DNA of 58,664 bases from Thiobacillaceae bacterium (GTDB taxonomy: Bacteria; Pseudomonadota; Gammaproteobacteria; Burkholderiales; Thiobacillaceae), in NCBI GenBank assembly GCA_025054655.1, contig JANWZL010000064.1:1-58664 (forward strand). Direction: 5' to 3'. Below are positions 1-9,827 of the stretch, in pieces. The translations under genes and the position numbers were made by a program. The notes beneath the pieces were generated by a model. That model saw only the letters and a program-made list of their open reading frames with translations, ran no database searches and was not told the origin of the DNA. How positions within the stretch are numbered: the stretch's first letter is position 1; every line of letters begins with the position of its first letter.

Positions 1-751
1 AGCCCCGCGTGCGCCGGGCCTTGTACCAGCGCCAAGCGCTCACCGCATAGCCCGACAGGGCATAGCCCAGGAACAGGGCGAACAGCACGCTCGGCGGGTC
101 GAGCGCGATCAGCACGAAACCGAGCGCGATCAGCACCACCACGATGAAGGGCACGCTGCGGCGCAGGTTGATGTCCTTGCCGCTGTAGTAGCGCAGGTTG
201 CTGACCATGGTGATGCCGGCGAACACGGTGAGCGCCCAGGCGAACCAGCGCAGCTCCTGGCCGCTCAAGCCGTAGTCGTGCGCCACCCACACCAGCGCGC
301 CGATCAAGGCCGCCGCCGAGGGGCTGGGCAGGCCCTGGAACCAGCGCTTGTCCTGCACCATGAGCAGGGTATTGAAGCGCGCCAGCCGCAGGGCGGCACC
401 GGCGCAGTAGATGAAGGCGGCGATCCAGCCCAGTTTGCCCAGGCCCTGCAGGGCAAAGCTGTAGATCACCAAGGCGGGGGCCACGCCGAAGGCGACCATG
501 TCCGACAGCGAGTCGTACTCGGCGCCGAAGGCGCTCTGCGTGCGGGTCAGGCGCGCCACCCGCCCGTCCAGGCCGTCGAGCACCATGGCCACGAAGATGC
601 CGACGGCGGCATGCTCGAAGCGGCCGTTCATGGCCTGCACGATGGCGTAGAAACCGGCGAACAGCGCCCCGGTGGTGAACAGGTTGGGCAGCAGGTAGAT
701 GCCCTGGCGGGCGAAGCGCCCGCGCAGTTCAGGCAGCCGGGGCTCGTTCAC
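1..751 (-). CDS. pssA: CDP-diacylglycerol--serine O-phosphatidyltransferase, C-terminus cut by window edge
   Basis: Not in the ORF track because it runs off the window. My translation from GTG at 751 downward: [38 protein letters not shown]...[28 protein letters not shown]. This contains the CDP-alcohol phosphatidyltransferase motif DG-x2-AR-x8-G-x3-D-x3-D. GTGA start/stop overlap with psd. Confidence 0.85.
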   Translation of the reverse strand, partial: MNEPRLPELRGRFARQGIYLLPNLFTTGALFAGFYAIVQAMNGRFEHAAVGIFVAMVLDGLDGRVARLTRTQSAFGAEYDSLSDMVAFGVAPALVIYSFALQGLGKLGWIAAFIYCAGAALRLARFNTLLMVQDKRWFQGLPSPSAAALIGALVWVAHDYGLSGQELRWFAWALTVFAGITMVSNLRYYSGKDINLRRSVPFIVVVLIALGFVLIALDPPSVLFALFLGYALSGYAVSAWRWYKARRTRG

Positions 752-1404
752 CGGGGCAATTCGGCCAGCACGCTCTCGGCGGCGCGCACCTTGTCGCCCA
801 GGCCCACGCGTGGCCGGGCGGCCAAAGGCAGATAGACATCCAGGCGTGAGCCGAAGCGGATGAAGCCGTAGCGCTCGCCACGGGCGAGCCGCTGACCGGG
901 CTGGACGTAGGAGAGGATGCGCCGCGCCACCAGGCCCGCCACCTGCACGCAGGTGACGTCCTGACCGTCGTCGGTGGTCAGCCACAAGGCGTTGCGCTCG
1001 TTCTCGCGCGAGGCCTTGTCCAGCACGGCGTTGAGGAAGGCACCGTGGTGATACCACTGCTGCCGCACCACGCCATCGACCGGGCTGCGGTTGGAGTGCA
1101 CGTTGAACACGTGCATGAACACGCTGATCTTCAGCGCGCGGCGCTCAAGCCAGGGATCGTCCGTGGTCTCCACCGCCACCACCCGCCCGTCCGCGGGCGA
1201 GAGGACCAGACCGGGCCCCGTGACCGGCGTGCGCGGCGGGTCGCGGAAGAACTGCAGCACGAAGGCGGCCGCCAGCCAAAAGGGCAGGCTCACCCAGGGG
1301 TTGTCGAGGCCCAAGGTCACCGCCACCGCGGCCAGCAGGCTGAGGCCGACATGGGCCCAACCCTCGCGCGCGATGAGCGGCTGCGCCTCGGCCCTCACGC
1401 TCAC
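748..1404 (-). CDS. psd: phosphatidylserine decarboxylase family protein (short Asd/Psd type)
   Basis: 218-aa ORF with N-terminal TM segments. Contains [16 protein letters not shown] and the C-terminal FGSRLDVY Gly-Ser processing-site context. Lies between ilvC and pssA. Confidence 0.85.
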   Translation of the reverse strand: MSVRAEAQPLIAREGWAHVGLSLLAAVAVTLGLDNPWVSLPFWLAAAFVLQFFRDPPRTPVTGPGLVLSPADGRVVAVETTDDPWLERRALKISVFMHVFNVHSNRSPVDGVVRQQWYHHGAFLNAVLDKASRENERNALWLTTDDGQDVTCVQVAGLVARRILSYVQPGQRLARGERYGFIRFGSRLDVYLPLAARPRVGLGDKVRAAESVLAELPR

Positions 1405-1411
1405 CCCTTGA

Positions 1412-2525
<1,114 letters not shown>

Positions 2526-3017
2526 TCACACCCGCATGATGCGCTCGCCGCGCCCGATGCCCGAGGCGCCAGTGCGCACCGTCTCCAGGATGGCCTCCGG
2601 TTCCAACGCCTCCAGAAAGGCGTTAAGTTTGCTGCCCGTGCCAGTGAGCTCGATGGTATAGGTCTTGTCGGTGACATCGATGATGCGGCCGCGAAAGATG
2701 TCGGCCAGACGCTTCATCTCCTCGCGCAGCTCACCCGTGGCACGCACCTTGACCAGCATCAGCTCGCGCTCGATGTGGCTGCCGTCGGTGAGGTCCTGCA
2801 CCTTGACCACGTCGATGAGCTTGTTCAGCTGTTTGGTGATCTGCTCGATCACGTCGTCTGAGCCGCGCGTGACGATGGTCATGCGCGATAGGGTCGGATC
2901 CTCGGTAGGGGCCACGGTGAGCGACTCGATGTTGTAGCCGCGGGCGGAGAACAGGCCGGCCACACGCGACAGCGCACCGGCTTCGTTTTCCATCAGGAGC
3001 GAGATGATGTGGCGCAT
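2526..3017 (-). CDS. ilvH: acetolactate synthase small (regulatory) subunit
   Basis: 163 aa. MRHIISLLMENEAGALSRVAGLFSARGYNIESLTV is the ACT domain typical of IlvH/IlvN. Lies directly downstream of ilvI. Confidence 0.93.
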   Translation of the reverse strand: MRHIISLLMENEAGALSRVAGLFSARGYNIESLTVAPTEDPTLSRMTIVTRGSDDVIEQITKQLNKLIDVVKVQDLTDGSHIERELMLVKVRATGELREEMKRLADIFRGRIIDVTDKTYTIELTGTGSKLNAFLEALEPEAILETVRTGASGIGRGERIMRV

Positions 3018-3059
3018 GTCAGGAGTCAGGTTTCAGGCGACAGGGATCAGGGAAAGGGG
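3018..3059. repeat. heptanucleotide tandem repeat (NTCAGGN, about 6 units) abutting the ilvH start codon
   Basis: gtcagga gtcaggt ttcaggc gacaggg atcaggg aaagggg begins immediately after the ilvH start codon complement (cat, 3015..3017). Confidence 0.75.
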
Positions 3060-3113
3060 GAAGGCAGACACTAGAGCAGGGCGGAGTGTCGGCTCGGGTG
3101 GCACGTGCCCGGC

Positions 3114-4823
3114 TCACACCAGGATCATCTCCGATAGGCCCTTGCCGGCCGGGATCATGGGATAGACGTTCTCGTGCGGGTCGGTGACGAAGTTCATGAA
3201 CACCAGGCGGTCGCTGTATTTGCCGAAGGCGTCACGCAAGGCGGGTTCCACGTCCTGCGGGCGCTCGATGGTCATGCCCACGTGGCCATAGGCCTCGGCC
3301 AGTTTGACAAAATCGGGCAGGGCATCGATGTAGGACTCGGCGTAGCGCTCCTCGTAGAAGAACTCCTGCCACTGCCGCACCATGCCCAGATAGCGGTTGT
3401 TGAGCAGCACGATCTTGATCGGCAGCCGCTCCTGCAGGCAGGTGGACAGCTCCTGGATGTTCATCTGGATGCTGCCCTCGCCGGTGACGCACACCACCTT
3501 GGCCTGCGGGTAGGCCAGCTGCACGCCCATGGCGTAGGGCAGGCCCACGCCCATGGTGCCCAGGCCGCCGGAATTGATCCATCGACGCGGCTTGCGGAAA
3601 TGGTAATACTGCGCCGCCCACATCTGGTGCTGCCCCACATCGGAGGTGACATAGGCATCACCCTCGGTCACTTCATAGAGCTTCTCGATCACGTACTGGG
3701 GCTTGATCACCGTGTCCGAGCGCTCGTATTTGAGGCAGTTCTGCGACCGCCACAGCTCGATCTGCGCCCACCAGGCCTTGAGCGCCGCCGCGTCAGGCCG
3801 CTCGGTGCCGGAGCGCAGGATACGGATCAGCTCCTCCAGCACCTGTTTGACGTCGCCTACGATGGGCACGTCCACCTTCACCCGCTTGGAGATGGAGGAG
3901 GGGTCCACGTCGATGTGGATGATGCGCCGCGCCTCCTTGGCGAAATGCTTGGGGTTGCCGATCACCCGGTCGTCGAAGCGCGCCCCCACCGCCAGCAGCA
4001 CGTCGCAGTGCTGCATGGCCATGTTCGCCTCGAAGGTGCCGTGCATGCCCAGCATGCCCAGGAACAGCGGATCGGGCGCCGGATAACCGCCCAGACCCAT
4101 GAGCGTGTTGGTGACGGGGAATCCGAGCAGACGGGCGAGTTCCGTCACCGGTTCGGCCGCATCGCCCAGGATCACCCCGCCGCCGGTGTAGATCATGGGC
4201 CGCTTGGCCTCCAGCAGCATCTGCACCGCGCGCCGGATCTGACCGGCGTGTCCCTTGTAGGTGGGGTTGTAGGAGCGCAGCCGGATCTCGGCCGGGTAGT
4301 GGAAAGGGGCGCACTGCTGGGTGACGTCCTTGGGGATGTCCACCACCACCGGACCGGGCCGTCCGGTGGCGGCGATGTAGAAGGCCTTCTTCAGCGTGAT
4401 GGCCAGCTCGCGCACGTCCTTGACCAAGAAGTTGTGCTTCACACAGGGCCGGGTGATGCCCACGGTGTCCACTTCCTGGAACGCATCCATGCCGATAGCG
4501 GCGGTGGGCACCTGGCCGGTGAGCACCACCAGCGGGATGGAGTCCATGTAGGCGGTGGCGATGCCGGTGACTGCGTTGGTCGCACCGGGCCCTGAGGTCA
4601 CGAGCGCCACCCCGACCTTGCCGGTGGCGCGCGCATAGGCGTCGGCGGCGTGCACCGCGGCCTGCTCGTGCCGCACCAGCACGTGCTTGAACTCGCTCTG
4701 TTTGTAGATCTCGTCGTAGATGTTGAGCACCGCCCCGCCCGGATAACCGAACACGTACTTCACCCCTTCCGCCTGCAGACAGCGGACGACGATCTCGGCA
4801 CCGGTCAGTTCGGGATCGGACAT
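3114..4823 (-). CDS. ilvI: acetolactate synthase large (catalytic) subunit
   Basis: 569 aa with ThDP-enzyme hallmarks: VFGYPGGAVLNIYDE, GGLGTMGVGLPYAMG, VTGEGSIQMNIQELST. Confidence 0.95.
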   Translation of the reverse strand: MSDPELTGAEIVVRCLQAEGVKYVFGYPGGAVLNIYDEIYKQSEFKHVLVRHEQAAVHAADAYARATGKVGVALVTSGPGATNAVTGIATAYMDSIPLVVLTGQVPTAAIGMDAFQEVDTVGITRPCVKHNFLVKDVRELAITLKKAFYIAATGRPGPVVVDIPKDVTQQCAPFHYPAEIRLRSYNPTYKGHAGQIRRAVQMLLEAKRPMIYTGGGVILGDAAEPVTELARLLGFPVTNTLMGLGGYPAPDPLFLGMLGMHGTFEANMAMQHCDVLLAVGARFDDRVIGNPKHFAKEARRIIHIDVDPSSISKRVKVDVPIVGDVKQVLEELIRILRSGTERPDAAALKAWWAQIELWRSQNCLKYERSDTVIKPQYVIEKLYEVTEGDAYVTSDVGQHQMWAAQYYHFRKPRRWINSGGLGTMGVGLPYAMGVQLAYPQAKVVCVTGEGSIQMNIQELSTCLQERLPIKIVLLNNRYLGMVRQWQEFFYEERYAESYIDALPDFVKLAEAYGHVGMTIERPQDVEPALRDAFGKYSDRLVFMNFVTDPHENVYPMIPAGKGLSEMILV

Positions 4824-4851
4824 GGCTCTTCACGGCGACACAAAGTATTTA

Positions 4852-4880
4852 ACACTACTGTCTGCCCGCCCGGCGGTCAA
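4852..4880 (-). promoter_or_regulatory. possible sigma70 promoter of ilvIHC
   Basis: On the minus strand, TTGACC (4880..4875), a 17-nt spacer, then TAGTGT (4857..4852). It lies about 30 nt upstream of the ilvI ATG. The -10 is weak. Confidence 0.3.
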
Positions 4881-4978
4881 GCCCGCACGGAGGTGTGCCT
4901 GCGGCGCGGGCTGCAGCTTTCGCGGCTTGCCCTACAATGACAGCATGCATCCCTGCTAGGGCAGCCCGGAGCACCGCC

Positions 4979-5260
4979 ATGAGCCACAAGCACGCTAGCC
5001 TCCTGCGCGCGATCTTCCAGGACCCGGTGAGCGGCAATATCCATTGGCGCGAGGTGGAATCGCTGCTCCACCACCTGGGGGCGCGGATCGAGCCCATCCA
5101 CGGGGCGCGTTTCCGGGTGATCCTGAACGGCCATGAGGGGGTGCTGCACCACCCACACCACAGCAACGTGCTCGGCCGGCAGGACGTGAAACACCTGCGC
5201 GAATTCCTGGCCCGTGCCCGGGTCACACCCTCGCTATACGAGGCGGGTCGGCAGACGTGA
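4979..5260 (+). CDS. small conserved hypothetical protein, HicA/YcfA-like pattern
   Basis: ORF 4895..5260 trimmed to ATG 4979 (93 aa). NIHWREVESLLHHLGARIEPIHGARFRVILNGHEGVLHHPHHSNVLGRQDVKHLREFL resembles the HicA-fold sequence pattern; this is by recall only. Its stop overlaps the next gene's start (GTGA). Confidence 0.45.
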   Translation: MSHKHASLLRAIFQDPVSGNIHWREVESLLHHLGARIEPIHGARFRVILNGHEGVLHHPHHSNVLGRQDVKHLREFLARARVTPSLYEAGRQT

Positions 5261-6414
5261 AGCGGTGGTGCAGTCGTGGTGGCTGCGGCCTCGTGCTGGC
5301 CGCGAGCCTGTATCTCGCCCTGCCGCCTGTACCCGACCTTGGCGCCCGGGCGGCCGAATACGCGCGCTTCGACAGCCAGCTACACCGCTTCCGCGTGGTC
5401 ACCCTGGTGCGCGGGCTGGAACACCCCTGGGGGCTCGCCTTCCTGCCCGACGGTCGCCTACTGGTGACCGAGCGGCCGGGGCGGTTGCGCATCGTCGCGC
5501 AGGGGCGACTCGACCCCCAGCCGGTGCAGGGGCTGCCGCCCATCCGCCAGCATGGCCAGGGCGGTCTGCTCGACGTGGCCCTGCATCCGCGCCATGCCGA
5601 GAACGGTTGGCTCTATCTCAGCTATGCCGGGCAGTCGGGTCAGGCCTGGGGGACCGAGGTCCTGCGCGGCCGGCTGAAGGGGGGGCGGCTGATCGACGTG
5701 CAGGTGATCTTTCGCATGCAGCCCAAGCTTGCCAGCGGTTTCCACTTCGGTTCGCGCCTGGTGTTCGACCGCGACGGACGGCTCTACGTCACCCTCGGCG
5801 ACCGCGGCGAGCAGGCGCGCGCCCAGAGGCTGGACGACCATGTCGGTGCGGTGGTGCGCATCCTCGACGATGGCCGCGTCCCACCCGACAACCCCTTCAT
5901 CGGCCAGGAGGGGGTGCTGCCGGAGATCTATTCCTACGGACACCGCAACATCCAGGGCGCAGCACTCCATCCGCACAGCGGGCGCGTGTGGGTGGTCGAG
6001 CACGGTCCGCAGGGCGGCGACGAAGTGAACGTGCTCTATCCGGGCCTCAACTACGGCTGGCCGGTGATCACCTATGGGACGGAATACGGCACCGGCGCAC
6101 CCATCGGCGAGGGCACGCACAAGCCCGGCATGGTACAGCCGCTCAAGCACTGGACGCCCTCTATCGCCCCCTCCGGGGCGGCCTTCTACACCGGCGACCG
6201 TTTTCCACGCTGGCGCGGCGATCTGCTGGTGGGGGCGCTGCGGCACCGCATGCTGGTCAGGCTGCGCCTGGCGGGCGAGCGCGTGGTGGAGGAGGAACGT
6301 ATGCTGGAAGGCATAGGCCGCATCCGCGACGTGCGCGTCGGCCCCGACGGTCTGGTCTACCTGCTCACCGACGAGCCCGACGGCCGGCTGTTGCGCCTGG
6401 AACCGATCGACTGA
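5257..6414 (+). CDS. PQQ-dependent soluble sugar (aldose/sorbosone) dehydrogenase, YliI-like
   Basis: 385 aa with a signal peptide. Motifs GLAFLPDGRLLVTER, GGLLDVALHP, YSYGHRNIQG, EHGPQGGDEVN, NYGWP. Confidence 0.85.
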   Translation: MKRWCSRGGCGLVLAASLYLALPPVPDLGARAAEYARFDSQLHRFRVVTLVRGLEHPWGLAFLPDGRLLVTERPGRLRIVAQGRLDPQPVQGLPPIRQHGQGGLLDVALHPRHAENGWLYLSYAGQSGQAWGTEVLRGRLKGGRLIDVQVIFRMQPKLASGFHFGSRLVFDRDGRLYVTLGDRGEQARAQRLDDHVGAVVRILDDGRVPPDNPFIGQEGVLPEIYSYGHRNIQGAALHPHSGRVWVVEHGPQGGDEVNVLYPGLNYGWPVITYGTEYGTGAPIGEGTHKPGMVQPLKHWTPSIAPSGAAFYTGDRFPRWRGDLLVGALRHRMLVRLRLAGERVVEEERMLEGIGRIRDVRVGPDGLVYLLTDEPDGRLLRLEPID

Positions 6415-6487
6415 CCGCTACGCCGTCGGCCCCAGCGCCCAATATAATGGGCGCCACCAATGACCAAGAAACGAGAGGAGCTGCGCG

Positions 6488-6841
6488 ATGACGAGCTGCG
6501 ATTGCCGCCCTGTGGCCTATGTCCTCATCCTGGCAGGGGTGGCCCTGGCGGGTCTCACCGCCCTGGTGCCCCAGTATGCCATCGGTTACCGCCTGGAGGT
6601 GGGGGTGTTGCTGGCGATGCTCACCCCCTTCGTCGTCTATGGCGCGCTGACCGAGTCATTGCGTGGGGCTGCCCTGCTCCTGCCGGGTCTGGCGCTGTTG
6701 GCGGTCAACGCCTGGCTCTACTTCGACCAGCGCCTGCGGCATTACGACGGTTTCGCCGATGGCACGGTGTACTGGCTGCCCCTGGCAGTGGCGGCGGTGG
6801 TCTTGCCCATCGCCTGGTTCGCGCGGCCGCGCGGGGACTGA
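6488..6841 (+). CDS. hypothetical membrane protein (about 4 TM)
   Basis: 117-aa hydrophobic ORF that fills the gap between flanking genes. No recognisable family. Confidence 0.5.
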   Translation: MTSCDCRPVAYVLILAGVALAGLTALVPQYAIGYRLEVGVLLAMLTPFVVYGALTESLRGAALLLPGLALLAVNAWLYFDQRLRHYDGFADGTVYWLPLAVAAVVLPIAWFARPRGD

Positions 6842-6844
6842 GTC

Positions 6845-7141
6845 TCAGCCGTCGGGCAACAGCCCCAGCCAGGGCTCACCGCGCCGCGGTTCGGCCATCA
6901 TGTCGGCCACCGCATCGCGCCAGGCGAGGTAATGCGCCGTGGCCTTGTGCGCCGCGGCGTCCTCGGCAGTCACATAGGCCTCGTAGAGGATGAAGCGCGT
7001 GGGGTCCTCGGGCGACTGCAACAGGTCGAAGCGGCGGTTGCCCGGCTCGCATATGGAGGCCAGGTGGTTGGCGCGGGTGGCCTCGATGAAGGCGGCGACC
7101 GCCTCCGGTTTGACGCGGACATGGACCAGGGTGACGTGCAT
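6845..7141 (-). CDS. antibiotic-biosynthesis-monooxygenase (ABM) domain protein
   Basis: ORF trimmed to MHVTLVHVRVKPEAVAAFIEATRANHLASICEPGNRRFDLLQSPEDPTRFILYEAY (98 aa). This is the typical ABM ferredoxin-like pattern. Confidence 0.75.
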   Translation of the reverse strand: MHVTLVHVRVKPEAVAAFIEATRANHLASICEPGNRRFDLLQSPEDPTRFILYEAYVTAEDAAAHKATAHYLAWRDAVADMMAEPRRGEPWLGLLPDG

Positions 7142-7173
7142 GGTGTGCTCCTCCACGGCAGGCGCGCGTCGAT

Positions 7174-7584
7174 TCAGCCGACGATGAGGGCGAGGGCGAC
7201 GAGCGCGAGGATGATACCCGACCATTGCCGGGCCGACAGCGTCTCGCCCAGAAAGGCGAGGGCGAGCAAGATCGTCAGCAAAGGGTAGAGCGCAGTGAGC
7301 ACCGCCACCAGGCTAGCCGGCCCGCGGGCGATGGCCCACACGTAGGCCAGCCCGCCGATGGCGCCCAGGGCCCCCGTGAGCAGGGCGAGCCCGACGGCGG
7401 GGCCATGCAGCGCGGGACGGAAATTGAGGCTCGCCAGCACCGCCAACCCCACGACGAAGGCGCCCAGCGTCTGGAAGAACAGCACGCTGCGCGGGTCGAG
7501 GTGGCGGGTGGTGAGCTTGGGGACGAAGGCCCACAACCCCCAGGTGACAAAGGCGATGGCTGCAGGCACGATCCAGCCGTTCAT
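7174..7584 (-). CDS. small EamA/DMT-family membrane transporter
   Basis: ORF trimmed to MNGWIVPAAIAFVTWGLWAFVPK (136 aa, 4 TM). Single EamA-domain pattern. Confidence 0.7.
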   Translation of the reverse strand: MNGWIVPAAIAFVTWGLWAFVPKLTTRHLDPRSVLFFQTLGAFVVGLAVLASLNFRPALHGPAVGLALLTGALGAIGGLAYVWAIARGPASLVAVLTALYPLLTILLALAFLGETLSARQWSGIILALVALALIVG

Positions 7585-7618
7585 GGCGATTACCCTTGCG
7601 TTTCGAGACACACGCAGT

Positions 7619-8671
7619 ATGCAGTGCCTGCGCCGGCTTTTCACCCTGGGCGGGCTGCTCGTCACCCTGATGGCGCTCACGGGCTGTGGCCCGCCGCCGC
7701 CATACAAGGAACAGGCCTATGTGTTCGGCACCTTGGTGGAGGTGAGCATCCACGGCGAACCGCCGCAGCGCGCGCGCCAGGCGGCGGCGGCGGTGCTGCG
7801 CGAGTTCGACCGCATGCACCGGCGGCTGCACGCCTGGCAGGCCGACAGCGAGCTGGAGCGGCTGAACGCGGCCTTCGCCCGCGGTGCCCGGCCCGTGCCG
7901 GTGGCGCCGGATCTGGCCGCGGTCCTGCGCGATGCGGCCGAGTGGTCGCGCCGCTCCGGGGGGCTGTTCAACCCTGCCATCGGCAATCTGGTGCGGCTGT
8001 GGGGTTTCCACGCCGACACCTATGCCGCCCGCCTGCCGCCGGCGGCCGCGATCGAGCGGCTGGTGGCCGCTGCGCCACGCATGGACGACCTCGTGTTCGG
8101 GCCGGGCACCGTGGCCAGCCGCAACCCGGCCGTGCGCATCGACCTGGGCGGTTACGCCAAGGGCCTCGCCCTCGACCGCGCAGCCGCCATCCTGCGCGCG
8201 GCCGGTATTCGCAACGCGCTGGTCAACATCGGCGGCAACGTCATCGCCCTCGGCAGCAAAGGGGGGCGGCCCTGGCGGGTGGGCATCCAGCACCCGCGCC
8301 GCGTCGGGGCGTTGGCCACGCTCGATCTGCACGACGGCGAGGCCATCGGCACCTCGGGCGACTATCAACGCTATTTCGAGCTCGCCGGCCGCCGCTATTG
8401 CCACCTCATCGACCCGCGCAACGGCTGGCCCGTGCAGGGGGTGCAGGCGGTCACCGTGCTGGCCGCCGGCCCGCGGGCCGGGGTGGTGTCCGATGTGGCG
8501 AGCAAGCCGCTGTTCATCGCCGGCCCCGCGGCCTGGCGCACCATGGCCGCCCGTCTGGGCGTCAGCCACGCCCTGCTGATCGACGCCCAGGGGCGCGTGG
8601 GGCTCACCGCGCCGCTGGCCCGCCGGCTGCGCTGGGAAGGTCCGCCCCCGCCGCCGCTGCCGGACGGATGA
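7619..8671 (+). CDS. apbE: FAD:protein FMN transferase (ApbE) lipoprotein
   Basis: ORF 7358..8671 trimmed to ATG 7619. Lipobox LMALTGC. Motifs LGGYAKG and TSGDYQRYF. Confidence 0.88.
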   Translation: MQCLRRLFTLGGLLVTLMALTGCGPPPPYKEQAYVFGTLVEVSIHGEPPQRARQAAAAVLREFDRMHRRLHAWQADSELERLNAAFARGARPVPVAPDLAAVLRDAAEWSRRSGGLFNPAIGNLVRLWGFHADTYAARLPPAAAIERLVAAAPRMDDLVFGPGTVASRNPAVRIDLGGYAKGLALDRAAAILRAAGIRNALVNIGGNVIALGSKGGRPWRVGIQHPRRVGALATLDLHDGEAIGTSGDYQRYFELAGRRYCHLIDPRNGWPVQGVQAVTVLAAGPRAGVVSDVASKPLFIAGPAAWRTMAARLGVSHALLIDAQGRVGLTAPLARRLRWEGPPPPPLPDG

Positions 8672-8730
8672 CCTGGCGCGCGGTTTGCGGCAAACTAGCA
8701 CGGGCGGTGAGAGCGCAGCAGGAGGCAGGC

Positions 8731-9282
8731 ATGTACGGCTGGAAAAGCCACTTCGTCATCCAGGCGGACTACCAGCACTGGGCCAACGAGGCCATGCTGG
8801 CCAGTCTGGGACACCTGACGCCCGACAGCCTCACGAGCGACCAGGGCCTGTACTTCAGGAGCATCCACCACACCGTGGACCACATGCTCACCGTCCTCAA
8901 GGAGGGCATGGCCTGCCTGCAGGGGGAGTGCCAGCGGCTCAACCATTGGCAGCTGCACCACACCGACTGGGGCGAGCTGCAGTCCGCCCTGCGGCACGAC
9001 ACGCGGCGGCTGCAGACCTGGCTGCAGGAACAGGAGGAGGATTTCTTCGAGCGCGAGATCGCGGTCAACGGCGCCGACGGCCGCCCCCAGCCGATGTGGG
9101 CGCGCGACCTGCTCACCCACCTCTTCACCCATGCCGCCCACTGCCGCGGCCAGGTCATCGCCGCCGCCTGCCGTCTGGGGGCGCCCTACCCGCAGCTGGC
9201 CTTCTCTGTCTACCGCCGCGAGATGGAGCGGCTGCTCAACGAGCTGCGGCAGGGCGAGGGCAGGAACCCAACAGCGGGCTGA
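8731..9282 (+). CDS. DinB-family (damage-inducible, four-helix bundle) protein
   Basis: C-terminal 183 aa of the composite ORF 7225..9282. ATG 8731 is preceded by AGGAGG. MYGWKSHFVIQADYQHWANEAML...HHTVDH...HLFTHAAHCRGQ matches the DinB His-triad pattern. Confidence 0.75.
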   Translation: MYGWKSHFVIQADYQHWANEAMLASLGHLTPDSLTSDQGLYFRSIHHTVDHMLTVLKEGMACLQGECQRLNHWQLHHTDWGELQSALRHDTRRLQTWLQEQEEDFFEREIAVNGADGRPQPMWARDLLTHLFTHAAHCRGQVIAAACRLGAPYPQLAFSVYRREMERLLNELRQGEGRNPTAG

Positions 9283-9778
9283 CCAGGCGCTCCAGGCGGG
9301 CATAGTGCACCTGGCCGCTCACCTTGTGGCGGATACGGCCGGCGCGATCGATGACGAACGAGGTCGGCAGGCGATCCACCCCGCCGAAGGCGGCAGCGAC
9401 ACCGGGCAGCGCCAGCGTGGCGGGGAAGGTATAGCCCTGTTCGCGCATGTAGCGCGCCACCACCTGTGGGTCGTCGTCCAGGCTCAGGGCCAGGATGTCG
9501 AACCCGCAGTGCCGGTGGTCTTGGTAGTAGGACTGCATGGCCGGCATCTCGTGCCGGCAGTAGGGGCACCAGGTCGCCCAGAAGTTGACCAGCACCACCC
9601 GGCCGCGCCAGTCGGCCAGGCGCCGGTCCTCGCCGATCGGTACGTCGGGGGCCGGTTGGTCGAGCGCATCGACCCAGGCCGGCGGCCGGAACCACAGATA
9701 GACCACCAGCCCGAGCAGGATCAGGGTGACCGGCCTGGGCCTGAAGCGGTTGAGCAGAGCCTGCGGCGACATCGGCAT
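9236..9778 (-). CDS. TlpA-like thiol:disulfide oxidoreductase (redoxin)
   Basis: 180 aa with an N-terminal TM anchor. VVLVNFWATWCPYCRHEMP carries the CxxC thioredoxin-fold motif. Confidence 0.8.
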   Translation of the reverse strand: MPMSPQALLNRFRPRPVTLILLGLVVYLWFRPPAWVDALDQPAPDVPIGEDRRLADWRGRVVLVNFWATWCPYCRHEMPAMQSYYQDHRHCGFDILALSLDDDPQVVARYMREQGYTFPATLALPGVAAAFGGVDRLPTSFVIDRAGRIRHKVSGQVHYARLERLVSPLLGSCPRPAAAR

Positions 9779-9827
9779 GGATGGTATTGTGCGTGAGGAC
9801 GCACATCAAACCCGAGCGCGCGGTTGG

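Noticed and set aside
5214-6491. 425-aa Arg/Pro-rich ORF
   Set aside because: It is an alternative frame of the PQQ sugar dehydrogenase gene. The dehydrogenase frame has all the family motifs.
7225-9282. 685-aa ORF, the longest plus-strand ORF in this region
   Set aside because: It is composite. The first ~500 codons are Arg/Pro/Gly/Ala-rich shadow sequence running antisense to the EamA gene and out of frame through apbE. Only the last 183 codons, from ATG 8731 with an AGGAGG RBS, look like a real (DinB-family) protein.
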